A stretch of 62,187 nt of DNA, filler included, from Vannella sp. (Eukaryota), in the NCBI GenBank assembly GCA_023345925.1. It is 8 parts of 8 records of this genome, joined end to end, with 100 filler letters (N's around TTAATTAATTAA, not from the genome) between each part and the next. Parts side by side here need not be neighbours in the genome. Positions count along the whole stretch, not along the records: positions 29,896 to 41,265 come from JAJQQN010000272.1; positions 41,366 to 46,912 come from JAJQQN010000257.1; 6 more parts are not named here. The stretch is one strand, 5' to 3'. Below, in pieces: positions 32,901 to 43,395 of the stretch. The notes beneath the pieces were generated by a model, which searched no databases, was not told the DNA's origin, and saw only the letters and a program-made list of their open reading frames with translations. The position numbers were made by a program, and so were the translations under genes. Position 1 is the stretch's first letter; each line of letters begins with the position of its first letter.

Positions 32901-35900
32901 GTTTGTGAGAGAAAGGTGGAGACCCTCATGGAAACCATCCTCCCTTACATTCTCCTCTCTCTCCACTTCGCCCAGATGAATGTTTTGGCGAAGGCATTGC
33001 CTTTTATGAGGGATCTTGTTCAGCTGCTGGAGAGTTGTGTTGGAATGTCCCAGATACCTGCAGAGTGGAGGGCGACGCGTCAGGCTATGGCGGCTTCCTT
33101 GATTGGAGAGTCTCACCACCGCGTTCTCCAACAAAGCAGAGAGACCAAAGCTGTAGATGATACGCGCGAGAAGGCAGATGCTCTATTGAATTCAAAGTTG
33201 TTCTCGAACGGTTTCTCGGTCTCAAGTCCAAGGCAATCTACCGTTCTTTATGCGTTATCTCGTTGCCAGGATGCTGCAGCGGGCGTGTACCAATGCATTG
33301 AAGCTTTTGCGCGTGAGAAACTGCTCCTCTCTTCTTCCACAGAGCTGTATCTTCCAATGAAAGAGTTTGTCTGTGCGGCTGTTGCGGCCGCAGCAAAAGC
33401 CACAGATTTAGAGGAGAAGATTGATGCTGTCAACCGAAGGGGAGCTCGCGCTTTGAATGCACCGCTTCAACGGATCATTGAAAGAGTCTATTTGGCCCGG
33501 CAAGCTATTGTTGATGAGATGAGCACCCATCGAGTGACACAGAATGACGAGGATCTGACTGAAGAGGAACGCCACTCCGAGGAGTGTGTCACTTTGTTGC
33601 AGTTGGCTGCTCCAGCTATCACTAGGGCTCGTTATTTGTTCGACGAGGTCAATTCATCGATTAACGACCAGCTTCAGGTGCAGTTCCTGAACGATCTTCC
33701 TTCTATGGCAGCTTCTACTTATCTTTCTCCATCAAGCAGTGACGCACAGCGTCCCAAAGGAGAGGAGCTACGGGCCAGTGCACCATTGAAAGGAAGAGAT
33801 ACAGCTCCGCAAGTTGGAGCAAAAGATGACAATTCATTGCGCAACACCTCCTTATCCAAAGTGAGCCGAAAACTGAGTGAAATGCGACCTGTTCCAGCTC
33901 GCAATCTTGCCCTCGATGCTGAGCGCGAGATTGTCATTGCTGAGTTGCTGGCTTTCGTAAGAAAGTGTGAGATCGAGCTCGAAGTTCTTCGGAATCAGGC
34001 AACATCGCAGGAGCAAGGAAGTCTGCTTTTAGCCTCCGCTTTGCGGGGTATCCAAGATGCCTTTGCTGCGCACCAGCAACATCCAACTTCTGTCATGGCA
34101 GTACTCCGAAGCTCATTTGGATTAAATTATCCCCAGTTAGGTGGCACCGAACCTCCTACGGCGACGCCAGAGGTAGAATCAATTGCCAAGGAGCTCAGTA
34201 ATATGCTCGCAAAATTATTCAGCGCGATTGTGCGTTCTTCTGCGAGTGATCCTGAGAGCCAGTCTATGATGGGTGTTATTATTCGCGTTCTTGCAGACAT
34301 AAGTTACCGCTATCGTATTGCTTTCCCTCTGGAGCTGTTGAATGACATGTGCGTTCTTTACCCCCAGTGGGAGGACTCAAGAGACAAGAGCTCTCATCTA
34401 ATTCGCAATGCCATTTCACTGGCACTCAGCGCGTTGGCTCTCTCAGAAGCTTCCTCTGATGAGGTACGAAAGACTCTTGATACTTTCCATGATGCCATTC
34501 ATTCAACTCTGGAGAAGAAGAAGCCTGTGGACTGGATGCTTGATCTACTGTATCGGGCATCAGCATCCCCTTCTATCCGGGAAGTCCTCACTGGAAGTGA
34601 CTGGATCCAGACTCTCTTGATGTTGGCTGCCTCTCAACAGGAGCCTAAAAACCCACAGCTCTCTGCCAATCTGTTGAAGTGGGTCTTGCCAAGCGTGTCG
34701 GACAAGTCTGACAGTTGGAAGGAGATGCGTTCTGTCACCAATCAACTCTTCAGTTTCCTTGAAGATGAACACTTGGAGGACTCTCTTCTTGTGCCTTGGA
34801 AGCCTTGTGCTGGAGAACAAACACCTTTTTGTATCATATCTGACGAAACAGAGTTCCCAACCGTGACTTTCCTACTCCAAGAAGATACAGAGCGTGATGA
34901 CGTGAATGAGCCTGGAGCATTTAAATACGTAGGACGTTGCGAATTAGAGGCTGAAGGCTGGCGACGTGAAGAGTACAGCTCTCATATGACCTTCAGAGTC
35001 ATCTCATGGCCGGAAACAGGCCACCTAATCTATGGCCTCTTAGCAGAAACAGAAGAACAGTCTATTGACGATTTATCGGAGGAGGATTTCAAGATTGAAG
35101 AAGGCAGCATTATCTGCCTTAGTTTATTGCACAGCAATGCAAGCTCTGATAATGTGATTTGTTCTGGTTCCTCGTATTACGAAACTGCTGATCTTTCTCA
35201 CGATGGGTGGAAGAGAAAGCGATTCCACATTGGAGTGGAAAGCTCCGATCCAGACGCAGAGTTCTCACTTCAATTGCTGGAGCAGCGAATCACTTCCTTT
35301 GATTGCACTTCTGCGTTATTCCCTCGTGCCTGCTTTGTCCAATCCATTACCTCCTTGCTACGAACGCTCTATGGTACTCCTCATTGGCGCCCTTTCATCG
35401 ACTCCTTCATTAGAACTGAGCTTGTTGAGGGTGGCCATTCGTCGAAAGCTTTGGCTTCCATGAGAATGATTGGAGGCTTCTCAGATGGCGTCCATAATGG
35501 AGGAGCGGCAGATTCCTCGTTGGGTCTAGTATCCGTCCAACGGTTAAATGTTTCCAAGGACTGCTCGTCTGTCTTACTTGTTCATGATGGGGCCCCTCAT
35601 GTGGTTACCAGTTCACTCCCGCCTACTCCCCTTAAGGATGAGCATGACTTAAGCATGTTCCCTTTATCTCAAGAGGTGCTCAGATATTTGAGTAAGTCTG
35701 CCGACCTCCCTGAAAGTGAGAGCCCCACCTGGGAACAGGGTCTTCGCTCTATTGCTGCCATCCGTTCTCTCCGAGTGCTATTAAGTGAACGGGAAGCTGC
35801 AAAGGAGTTATTCATTGAGCTTGTAAAAGAGAAGCCTTCAGAGAATCTCCTCTCAGCAGCTCTCAGGCCGAGCAGAATGACCAAAGTTTGGTCTATTTCA

Positions 35901-38900
35901 CAGCTGGAGAGAGCCATATTTACCCTTATTGGTTATTTCAAACAGAGCTTCCCCTTTGAATCACCCCCTACTTCAGTGCAGGACTTTATCTATGACTCTG
36001 ACAAGATTCTGAATGCCCTAGTTAAGCAGTCAAAAGACACTCCATGCTTGTGGCTCTCTGAAGATAAGGGGAGCTTTGATGTAGAGGAATTTGTGAGTTC
36101 TCTGGAAGGAGCTAAGTTACAAGCTTTCCGTCATACAGCAGAAGAAAAGCTTCCTTCCAGATCTATCAGCGCTCAGGCCTATCATGAGACTTTGGATCAA
36201 TTCCGGGACATTCAAACTTCTCTATCTGCATGCAACTGTTTGCAGAGTGTCATTCGTATCCTCCAGCAAGAATATGTCACCATTGTTGCTCGTGAATGCT
36301 TGATGCATGTGGTCAATGGCTCTTCTTGGACCATCAGTGAGGAGAAAACACTTTCTTTGGTTCTTCAAGCTGTTGAACGTTCAGCCTCGAACAACGAGCT
36401 GCCAACTAACTTGGGAACTTCTCAACGCGCGGAGTTGAAACGCATTTTGGTGTCTTTGTTCAAACACAATCCAACTGCAAAGGGAATGGTGCGGGCGAGC
36501 ATCTTCCAGATCACTAACGAGATTCTCTCAGACGTTTCGAAGGGTATTGAAGGCGCGCGTTCTTTCTCTCAATCTTCCACTTGGCTCCTCACCAGTTTGG
36601 CCGTTTTTAAAGACGATTTGGACCTTCATAGACACATGACTGAGTTCTACGCTGGACTGGTTGCTTCTTATGGTGCTCTACCGATTGACCGCTCCCTTGC
36701 AGCCTGCACTTTAGTCAATTTATTGAAAAATGGCTCCCCCAAAGAGGTCTTGAGTGGGCCCATTGGCAAACATCTGACAAGTGTATTATTGCGGTTGCTT
36801 GAAAAGCAATATTCAGCAGAGTTACGCGGTCAAGCGGAGAAGGTTGGCTCAAAGTTCTTCCAAGCACTGGCAGCCATTTCTTATCTGATCTGGTACCACC
36901 CTGATCCCCTCCAATGGGTTGATACGGACAGATCTGAGCTCGAAGCGGACAACCTTACTTGGCTGAAGACTTATCACGTTGCAGTGGGAGCCACCGTCAG
37001 CTTCAACGAAAGTTCAATAGCCCCGGTAACTCTTGCAGAGTTGGCTATTAAGAAGTTTACTCCACCTCTTCCTGATACTGAGCCACCATCCTTCCTAGAC
37101 AATAGCAAATGGTCCTCTGAGATGGATCGAGAGCTCATCAAATGGAACAGTTCTCGTCCTCAAGATTGGAAAGACCCTTACATGGCCTCTGTGTGGGGAG
37201 ATGGTAGCGAAGGTCAACTGGCCTCTACTGGAAGCCGCTCAGCTCCCGAACTCTCTCGCGAATTCGGCAAGATTGAACCCAAAATGGTCGCAGGAGGGGT
37301 CGACTTTACGTTGGTTCTCACTCAAAATGGCGACGTCTACGCCACTGGAAAGGGGGACTACGGCCGACTGGGATTAGGAGACACAATGACTCGTCATGAG
37401 CTCTGCAAACTCACATTCCCCACAAGCAATCCGATTGTCTTGGTGAATGCTTCTCGTGGCTCTTACGGTTCTTCCATGGCGATTGATTCAACTGGCATTC
37501 TCTACTCTTGGGGAGATGGCGACTTTGGCAAACTGGGACACGGTAATACCAACCGTGTGGAACAGCCTGCACGCATGGTGTCTTTTGCTGGGATGGAAAT
37601 TATCAGCTTCAGTTGCGGCTGGCGACATTCTGCAGCAGTTAATAGTGACGGACTGGTTTACATTTGGGGTCACAGCGATTGCGTAGGATTTACTTGCGGG
37701 GGCTTGGAAGCTCCAACAATCTTGCCTGGACTTGCTGGCGTAAACGCTGGGTCAGTCGCTTGTGGTCCTGATGTCACTTTCGTCATTTCTGCAGATGGCG
37801 CAGAGGTTTGGGTTTGGGGAGAAAACGACTATGGAGAACTGGGTTTGGATCTTGTTGGAAAGATTCTTACTCCACAGCAAGTAACGTTCGATCAGGAATA
37901 TCGCTTTGCCAAGGCAGAGCTCGGTAAAGAATTTAGCATGCTGCTGACTAAGGATGGAAGAGTTCTGACTTGTGGTCGGGGAGAAAACGGCGCTCTTGGT
38001 CTCACTACCATCCAAAACTTCCAAACTTTCCAACTGGTAGAGTCTCTCAGAGACATTGTCGACATCTCAGCAGGAGAAGGACACGCCATTGCTCTGAGTA
38101 GGGACGGAACCCTTTATGCGTGGGGCAGTAACGACAACGGAGAACTAGGTTTAGGACACAATCTCGCCTGCTATGTTCCTGAGGTGGTCACATTGCCTTG
38201 TAGCAGCCCTGTTACCTTTATTTCGGCCGGGAAAAACTTTTGCGTTTGTCTGGCAGAGTTGGAAGATCATTCTAAGCTGTTGCCCGACACTCTTCCCGAA
38301 GATTATCAGATCCTGGAGCCGGTTTATAACGCGGACATGATCCCCCGACTGCAATTGCTTAACAAGTATTCTGAAATCGTGTTCAAAAGCCAAGCTTTGT
38401 TCAACTTGGATGCAGAGCTGATGGTCACCTTTGGCTTGGAGCAGCAAGTTTGGCGACTTAAGTTGGAGGAGAAGCTTACAACGCTGCGCCATTACGTTCA
38501 ATCTACCATGCCAAGTGAGGATCATGGACCTGAGATAATCCTGAATCGATTCCTTAGTGAAGCACACCGCTCAAAGTCTTTGTTTGCTCAGGCGTGTACG
38601 CAGTTGAGTGACATTCTTCCCTCGAAATTGATGCCCAAGCGAGCGTGGAGAGTCACTTTCCAGGGCGAGGGTGCTATTGATGCTGGCGGGCCGTACAACG
38701 AATCCATCTCGCAAATGTCCAGCGAGTTACAGAATCTTCAAGTTCCCATTATGAAGGCAACTCCCAATCGCATTTATCATTCTGGAGAGCTTCAAGATGC
38801 GATCATGCCGGTCCCCTTGAAGGCAAATGCTGCAAAGGCAATCCAAGATCAATTCCGCTTCTTTGGCTACTTGATCGGCATCAGCATTCGCTCTTGCCTT

Positions 38901-39686
38901 CCTTTGTCTATTCAAATGCCCACTCTATTCTGGAAGCTTCTAATGAGATTACCAGTAGTTCCTGAGGACTTACGTGAAGTCGATGAAGGATTCTTGAATC
39001 GCCATCTCTTCCTACTCAACTTGGAGGAGGCTGGCATTTCCGCTAATGACTTTGAAGAGCTACCACTGGAAGACTATCCTGTACTACTCTCTGAAGGCAC
39101 TCAATTAGCTCTGACTTTTGCAACGCGCCACGCTTATGTGGAGACTGCGTTGCGTTATCAATTGAGACAATGGGATTTGGCAGTCCAATTGATTCGGGGT
39201 GGACTAGATAGCTTGGTACCTTGTTCGGTGCTTCGCTTCTTTTCTCCAAAGGAAGTGAACATTCTCGTCTGTGGTCGAGAGGAAGTCGATTGGAACATGT
39301 TGAAGAACTGCACTCACTACAGCGGGTACTCATGTAGTTCTCCAGTCGTGGTATGGTTGTGGGAAGTCCTTGAATCTCTCACAAATGAGCAAGGTTCCCT
39401 GTTCCTCCGCTTTGTGTGGGGCAGATCGCGCTTGCCTTTGGTCGCGTCGCAAATGCGCGACACTTTTGCCATTCACCAAGTGAGCAAAGGAGACGAAGCT
39501 CTGCCAGGCTCTGCCACCTGCTTCTTCCGATTGTACCTTCCCACGTACTCTTCGAAGGAGATCCTCCGATCCAAACTCGTCTACGCCATCACTTATTGTT
39601 CTTCCATCGACACGGACAACAATGCCCAGCCCGCTTTTGTCCCAGAAGAGGAAGAAGAAGCTTTTTCCCTTGATCTCTTTTCATAA
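29997..39686 (+). CDS. HERC1: Giant HECT E3 ubiquitin ligase with two RCC1-like domains (HERC1-like), intronless, about 3,230 aa
   Basis: Two RLDs with GKGDYGRLG/GSYG/WGDGD[YF]GKLGHGN; C-terminal HECT (FQGEGAIDAGGPY, FLRFVWGRSRLP, LPGSATCFF with catalytic Cys); N-terminal FFALLRQS; a possible degenerate SPRY mid-protein. Confidence 0.88.
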   Translation: MASVVFSQMGGKAHGQWAQQLMSELLWVDVEENGEALLDKDIKRKFVVSSADESSSLSQVLLVAVPPSQALLSATNTVLHALQVNGGAPSVLSYQLLLVARHLKAIAQDVPHSSQRKKSSSNKKKSKDVPPPPLQAMAIKSAMAFFFALLRQSQRVGQEEFLIDLVESMNDIIQGFPPQSLFLDPPSTFGKQSLADASRFIQEAVQPNSSEKLWHECAYLLANLTHQQSSLGSLLSFTQFLLEKGPGRSLPLSGVLPLLQTVSTAHNDLIKKMEGTENSNSSPVESLIERNADVSSSELAMALLQSSSTLSDIVMIPMAGRDPSVNVAKRVQDNVSVYGFGDNGNGELSDRDFSTGLLQLVGALNPKDIQGGAGCLFVLDQDGSLWSRGKGDYGRLGTGGTEDRSHFLKLSFAGPIVSFSVSKGSYGHGLAIDEEGKVWSWGDGDYGKLGHGNTDRQVSPMCIIGLQSEEVIQVVTGYAHSSVLTRDGKVFSWGGEVSGFEQSSYPTPRQLPELNDAGITSIYAGSNYSIALGSGGNVVYGWGTNGDNQLGVQGSTSSPCRIEGLCNLGLVEIACSQSATLALTASGQVYICGNFDCAESQLYPQPTLVEALAHQRIVHLYAGNFTALMMTMGQEAYAWGMHPNGSTLPSPTLLDLPEVEICQGSFSKEMFIFHNIHPEGSSGESLVRPIASSPFVLDFSESCFDQLFSAVQHYKDLIKPASEEDSQATLREVWEGASLVRLESLLSLLRANLYHAGATGAAVPEGQTDTFRQFLFLLLEQKDLPPSISKICRTIFEEGSQVLLPEPKMQVEILYSILPSSLEEMEQFNEVKSFVLRVMSQSVMKQNDFAKTFRLPLEIKPGTVLEDSERMDAEGGLALWKMLQQLLSFHEHVTMKLLLASTSTADLESLTNTQTGLSLLLQYFVSRMMAGVVSEESSSEALEDLVVQLCEYLVQSTKRTLTAMLAEGVCERKVETLMETILPYILLSLHFAQMNVLAKALPFMRDLVQLLESCVGMSQIPAEWRATRQAMAASLIGESHHRVLQQSRETKAVDDTREKADALLNSKLFSNGFSVSSPRQSTVLYALSRCQDAAAGVYQCIEAFAREKLLLSSSTELYLPMKEFVCAAVAAAAKATDLEEKIDAVNRRGARALNAPLQRIIERVYLARQAIVDEMSTHRVTQNDEDLTEEERHSEECVTLLQLAAPAITRARYLFDEVNSSINDQLQVQFLNDLPSMAASTYLSPSSSDAQRPKGEELRASAPLKGRDTAPQVGAKDDNSLRNTSLSKVSRKLSEMRPVPARNLALDAEREIVIAELLAFVRKCEIELEVLRNQATSQEQGSLLLASALRGIQDAFAAHQQHPTSVMAVLRSSFGLNYPQLGGTEPPTATPEVESIAKELSNMLAKLFSAIVRSSASDPESQSMMGVIIRVLADISYRYRIAFPLELLNDMCVLYPQWEDSRDKSSHLIRNAISLALSALALSEASSDEVRKTLDTFHDAIHSTLEKKKPVDWMLDLLYRASASPSIREVLTGSDWIQTLLMLAASQQEPKNPQLSANLLKWVLPSVSDKSDSWKEMRSVTNQLFSFLEDEHLEDSLLVPWKPCAGEQTPFCIISDETEFPTVTFLLQEDTERDDVNEPGAFKYVGRCELEAEGWRREEYSSHMTFRVISWPETGHLIYGLLAETEEQSIDDLSEEDFKIEEGSIICLSLLHSNASSDNVICSGSSYYETADLSHDGWKRKRFHIGVESSDPDAEFSLQLLEQRITSFDCTSALFPRACFVQSITSLLRTLYGTPHWRPFIDSFIRTELVEGGHSSKALASMRMIGGFSDGVHNGGAADSSLGLVSVQRLNVSKDCSSVLLVHDGAPHVVTSSLPPTPLKDEHDLSMFPLSQEVLRYLSKSADLPESESPTWEQGLRSIAAIRSLRVLLSEREAAKELFIELVKEKPSENLLSAALRPSRMTKVWSISQLERAIFTLIGYFKQSFPFESPPTSVQDFIYDSDKILNALVKQSKDTPCLWLSEDKGSFDVEEFVSSLEGAKLQAFRHTAEEKLPSRSISAQAYHETLDQFRDIQTSLSACNCLQSVIRILQQEYVTIVARECLMHVVNGSSWTISEEKTLSLVLQAVERSASNNELPTNLGTSQRAELKRILVSLFKHNPTAKGMVRASIFQITNEILSDVSKGIEGARSFSQSSTWLLTSLAVFKDDLDLHRHMTEFYAGLVASYGALPIDRSLAACTLVNLLKNGSPKEVLSGPIGKHLTSVLLRLLEKQYSAELRGQAEKVGSKFFQALAAISYLIWYHPDPLQWVDTDRSELEADNLTWLKTYHVAVGATVSFNESSIAPVTLAELAIKKFTPPLPDTEPPSFLDNSKWSSEMDRELIKWNSSRPQDWKDPYMASVWGDGSEGQLASTGSRSAPELSREFGKIEPKMVAGGVDFTLVLTQNGDVYATGKGDYGRLGLGDTMTRHELCKLTFPTSNPIVLVNASRGSYGSSMAIDSTGILYSWGDGDFGKLGHGNTNRVEQPARMVSFAGMEIISFSCGWRHSAAVNSDGLVYIWGHSDCVGFTCGGLEAPTILPGLAGVNAGSVACGPDVTFVISADGAEVWVWGENDYGELGLDLVGKILTPQQVTFDQEYRFAKAELGKEFSMLLTKDGRVLTCGRGENGALGLTTIQNFQTFQLVESLRDIVDISAGEGHAIALSRDGTLYAWGSNDNGELGLGHNLACYVPEVVTLPCSSPVTFISAGKNFCVCLAELEDHSKLLPDTLPEDYQILEPVYNADMIPRLQLLNKYSEIVFKSQALFNLDAELMVTFGLEQQVWRLKLEEKLTTLRHYVQSTMPSEDHGPEIILNRFLSEAHRSKSLFAQACTQLSDILPSKLMPKRAWRVTFQGEGAIDAGGPYNESISQMSSELQNLQVPIMKATPNRIYHSGELQDAIMPVPLKANAAKAIQDQFRFFGYLIGISIRSCLPLSIQMPTLFWKLLMRLPVVPEDLREVDEGFLNRHLFLLNLEEAGISANDFEELPLEDYPVLLSEGTQLALTFATRHAYVETALRYQLRQWDLAVQLIRGGLDSLVPCSVLRFFSPKEVNILVCGREEVDWNMLKNCTHYSGYSCSSPVVVWLWEVLESLTNEQGSLFLRFVWGRSRLPLVASQMRDTFAIHQVSKGDEALPGSATCFFRLYLPTYSSKEILRSKLVYAITYCSSIDTDNNAQPAFVPEEEEEAFSLDLFS

Positions 39687-40312
39687 ACCGTGACTTGACT
39701 CTTCCAACTGAGTTTGATGCTAATGATTGATCGATGGAGGGTGATGAGAGAGAGAACTTATCTTATGGCAGCTTACTTGACCTTTTTGGTCCACCTCTTG
39801 ATGGAATGGGAGAGATGGGTTTGCTGAGCAATCGAGTTTGTCCTAGACAATGAGAAGAGACTCTTTAGAGTTGACATTAATCTCCGATCCTACGGTGTCT
39901 CCTCCGAAGAACCGCGCCAACGAATGAGGCTAGTCCAAAAGAGTTGGCTTGGATTTGAGAAAGCTGCTCCTTCCTTTCATAAGAGAAAGAAGGCTCAGAG
40001 CCTTCCCAGAGCCAACTTCTGCCCGCAAAAATGTCACTGAAGAGCCCCCACGCGTGACACTTTCGGGTCCCGATCACGGGCATCATCCCCCCTCGACTCA
40101 TCGGGGACAAGACCCTCGATTTTTCACACTTTCCTGACAATGGGCTTGGTTGCTCTTATCCTATTTTTTCCCTTTTCCCAGAAGGTGTAATAGAGAGGAA
40201 AGCGGCAAAAAAAGATGACCTTAAAGTATTTATGATTGTTTTAAAATCACGATTCCATGGTTCCTGCAGAATTTCGAGGCTGTAGGTCCTGATAAATCAT
40301 CTTGGCCTGGCG

Positions 40313-41030
40313 ATGTCGGAGGAGCTTGTGCCTCTTGCGCACCGGGAGCGGACCCGTTCTCTAAGAAACTTGGGTAATCGCTTAGCTCTCCGAGAGGGAA
40401 GGCCTTGGCTCGACACAACCGAACACCTTGATGAGGGAGAGTACAAGTCCTTTTGTGTCCTCTGTTCTGTGGAGCTTCGGCTGGATAAGTTCACGATCGA
40501 GCGACATGCGAAGACAGCAGGCCATGTGAGGGCAACTGGTCTTTCATTTAAATCCCAAAAAATGACCACGTTCTTCCCATCATCAAGTCCTGGGTCTCAA
40601 GCTCTCTCCGTCATCTTAGAGTCGGCTCTCCTGTCAGGAATCAATCCCTCCCAACTGGAGAAATTCCTCACCCCTCAATCAGTCTCCGCGATCTCTATCC
40701 AATTCGACGAGTCTTAAGACCACAAAGGTCTTAGCATAATCAACACTCTTATATCAAACATCGAAGGATGTTGGATACTCGACAGTTGCGAGATAGATCA
40801 GAAGGCCGACATGTTTGCTCTTTACTTGAGGACTTAAAACTACCTTTGGAACTTCTAATCTCAATCCCTACTGAGAACCGCGCTGCGGCCTTAGCTGGAG
40901 CTCCTCCTTATCAGCAAGCTGAGCTGATATCTGCATGAGAGTGGCCAATTGAGTGGAAGGCGCGGAAGGGCCGTTGAGATGAACATCAAGCTTGCCGCTC
41001 TACGATACTTAGCGATCCGTTGGAGCTCAA
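40313..41030 (+). pseudogene. Decayed DNA-transposase remnant (hAT/CGGBP1-like N-terminal C2H2 zinc finger)
   Basis: FCVLCSVEL...TIERHAKTAGH...QKMTTFF then LLSGINPSQLEK; stop at 40717 with no continuing frame; AT-rich flanks carrying TGAT(T/A)/AATCA repeats. Confidence 0.55.
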
Positions 41031-41265
41031 GAAAGGGTTAGACCCCGACATTTCTTGATTATGATAAACATTTTGAATCATAAAAAAGGGTCCTCTCGAT
41101 TTCCTTGAACGGCAATTAGAAAACCCTCTCCTTCTCAGCTTTACGATCAGGAATAAACCATCAATATTACTCGTTCAGACCTCATGGGGGAAGAACGTGA
41201 AGTGCACGAGAACGCGTACATGATAAAAATCAGTCTCAAATCACCTTTTTCAAACATGCGGTTCT

Positions 41266-41365
41266 NNNNNNNNNNNNNNNNNNNNNNNNNNNNNNNNNNN
41301 NNNNNNNNNTTAATTAATTAANNNNNNNNNNNNNNNNNNNNNNNNNNNNNNNNNNNNNNNNNNNN
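41266..41365. other. Artificial contig linker
   Basis: N44-TTAATTAATTAA-N44. Confidence 0.99.
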
Positions 41366-41646
41366 CAACCAATGTACATGTCTCAACAGTCTTATCTACT
41401 TGGGGTGGTGCTTTTGCCTCATCCTCCGAAGCTACGCGTTCTGGGTCCACCAAGTGCAAGTCTCTCAGTAGTCTTAGAGAGAAAGAACCTCTCTGGACGC
41501 CAGGTCTCGATCTCATGAAGAAGTCGGAGCAACATTGGAGCTTTCAATGGATCGGTGTCTTGCAATGAGATCACCTCTGAAGCATAACACCATGCAATAG
41601 ACAAAGAGGGGGCTTAATTACATCACTGAACAATCGAACGGTCCCC

Positions 41647-42306
41647 TCACGGGAAGGAAGGGACGAAAGGACGGGCGTAACCGCTCGGGCCGGAAGTTGC
41701 GGGGGCCTGAGGTTGGCTGGGCTCAGTTTCTGAAGGGTTGAGAAAGAAGTGAATAGGGATGCTTTCTAATACGGTCACTGGGGCTATCGCCCTCTCTCTT
41801 TTGAGTACAGCGAGGTAATGAATTCCACATGCGTTACACAAGCTACAGGGGGCTTGTCAGCGATTTCAGATAGGAGAGTAAGTATAGTTCCTCACGATTT
41901 GGCACCAGCTGGACCTCTTCGCCACCTCGGAGAGTCACTCATCCCACACATGCAGCATATCCGACTGCTTGGAGACCAACTCTGCCCGTCACAAGCGATC
42001 AGCACCTCTCTCAAAGACAGGTTCTCTTTGGTAGAGTCACCAAGGAAGGGAGGAGCTTACCAAATCCTCTTCATCTGACTCAGTTGACAGAGAACGAGAG
42101 CCAGTTCTTCGTGGCTTTCTCAGGTACTTCAGCGGGGGTTCGTACGAGCCTTCAAAAGGATAGGAGACTTCTTCCAAAGGAATAGAGGGATGCCGATAGC
42201 TCTCTACATCACTTCTCTCGGGAGCAAGTGACTTGTGGGGAGAAGAACCTCTTCGGTCTGGCTTGTCTCCTTCCAAGTCGAGTGAGGTGTGGGGGTCAGG
42301 ATGCAT
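41647..42306 (-). CDS. GATA zinc-finger transcription factor (paralog B)
   Basis: Spliced CCMCGMSDSPRWRRGPAGAKS|LCNACGIHY followed by IPIHFFLNP. Confidence 0.85.
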
Positions 42307-42471
42307 CCTGCAACAGATGACAGCAGCACCTACAAGGGCTGGTCAAACAATGCCGGATGCCTTCTGAGCCAATCGAGGAGAAGGGAGGATGTTTGGAGCT
42401 TTGCCTTTTTAGGAAAACTGGAACCACCATCCAACCCACTTCTCCTTCGTTTGATTGGATCAATTCATAGT

Positions 42472-43080
42472 TTATCTTTGATTGATAGGATCGGACGCTG
42501 GATTGAGGAGGCAAGTGATGGGAATGCACTTCGATGGAGACACCGGGGCGATGGCTTTCTCACTCTTTAAGACGTTCAGGTAGCGCAGTCCACAGGCATT
42601 ACATAAGCTAGTGGAAGTGTCAGCGGAAGAGTCTTTCGATGGTAAAGGCCTGGGCCCACTCACGTTTGGCTGCCGGCCGGTCCCGTTCGCCATCTGGGCG
42701 AGTCGCTTGTACCGCATGAGAAGCAAATCCGGAGTTCTCTGTCCTTCGGTCCGTTGGAGTTTGAGATCTTATGTATGAATGAGAAGACGAAGTTGGGCTG
42801 GAACGAGGGTTCTTACATGTACATCAGTGGGGGAGGTTGGACTTTTTGTTGCGCTTCCACGTGATGATGGTTGACGCACTCTCCGAAGGGTTTGTAGGGG
42901 AGGCTGATAACTAGAAGGGAGGGCTCGTTTCGCTTTCTTCGGCGAAGGGCTGGAAAGATCAGACTTGTGACAAGACAGGATTCGATAGACTTACTGCTGG
43001 GGGACAAATTGATACTCTCGTTGGCTCTGAGTCACTTGGAATGATGGAGATGGGTGGAAAGTGTAGAAGCTCTGCGTCAT
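42472..43080 (-). CDS. GATA zinc-finger transcription factor (paralog A)
   Basis: Spliced CFSCGTSDSPRWRTGPAGSQT|LCNACGLRY followed by IPITCLLNP; three introns. Confidence 0.85.
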
Positions 43081-43395
43081 GGCTGAGCGTGGAAGGACTG
43101 GTAGTTCGTTCAAACCACGAAAGGCACTTGTTCTTGGTTCACCGAAAAACTGAACATTCGTCCCAAGGGCGAACACCGAAGATTTCCTTTTCGAGATGTT
43201 CCACCAAAACGGTCTAAGAAATCTTCAAAGGCTGCTTCAAAAGTTCCTTCAAAATTTTATCGATCTCGAAAGATCGAAGAAATGAAGCCTATTGAACGAT
43301 CTTTTGGTGGCAGCGGCGCGTTTTGAGTCAACTTTTGGATAGAACAAGCAACAGTTTGCGCCACGGGCTTGATGTTGAATCATTTATCGTGGTGG

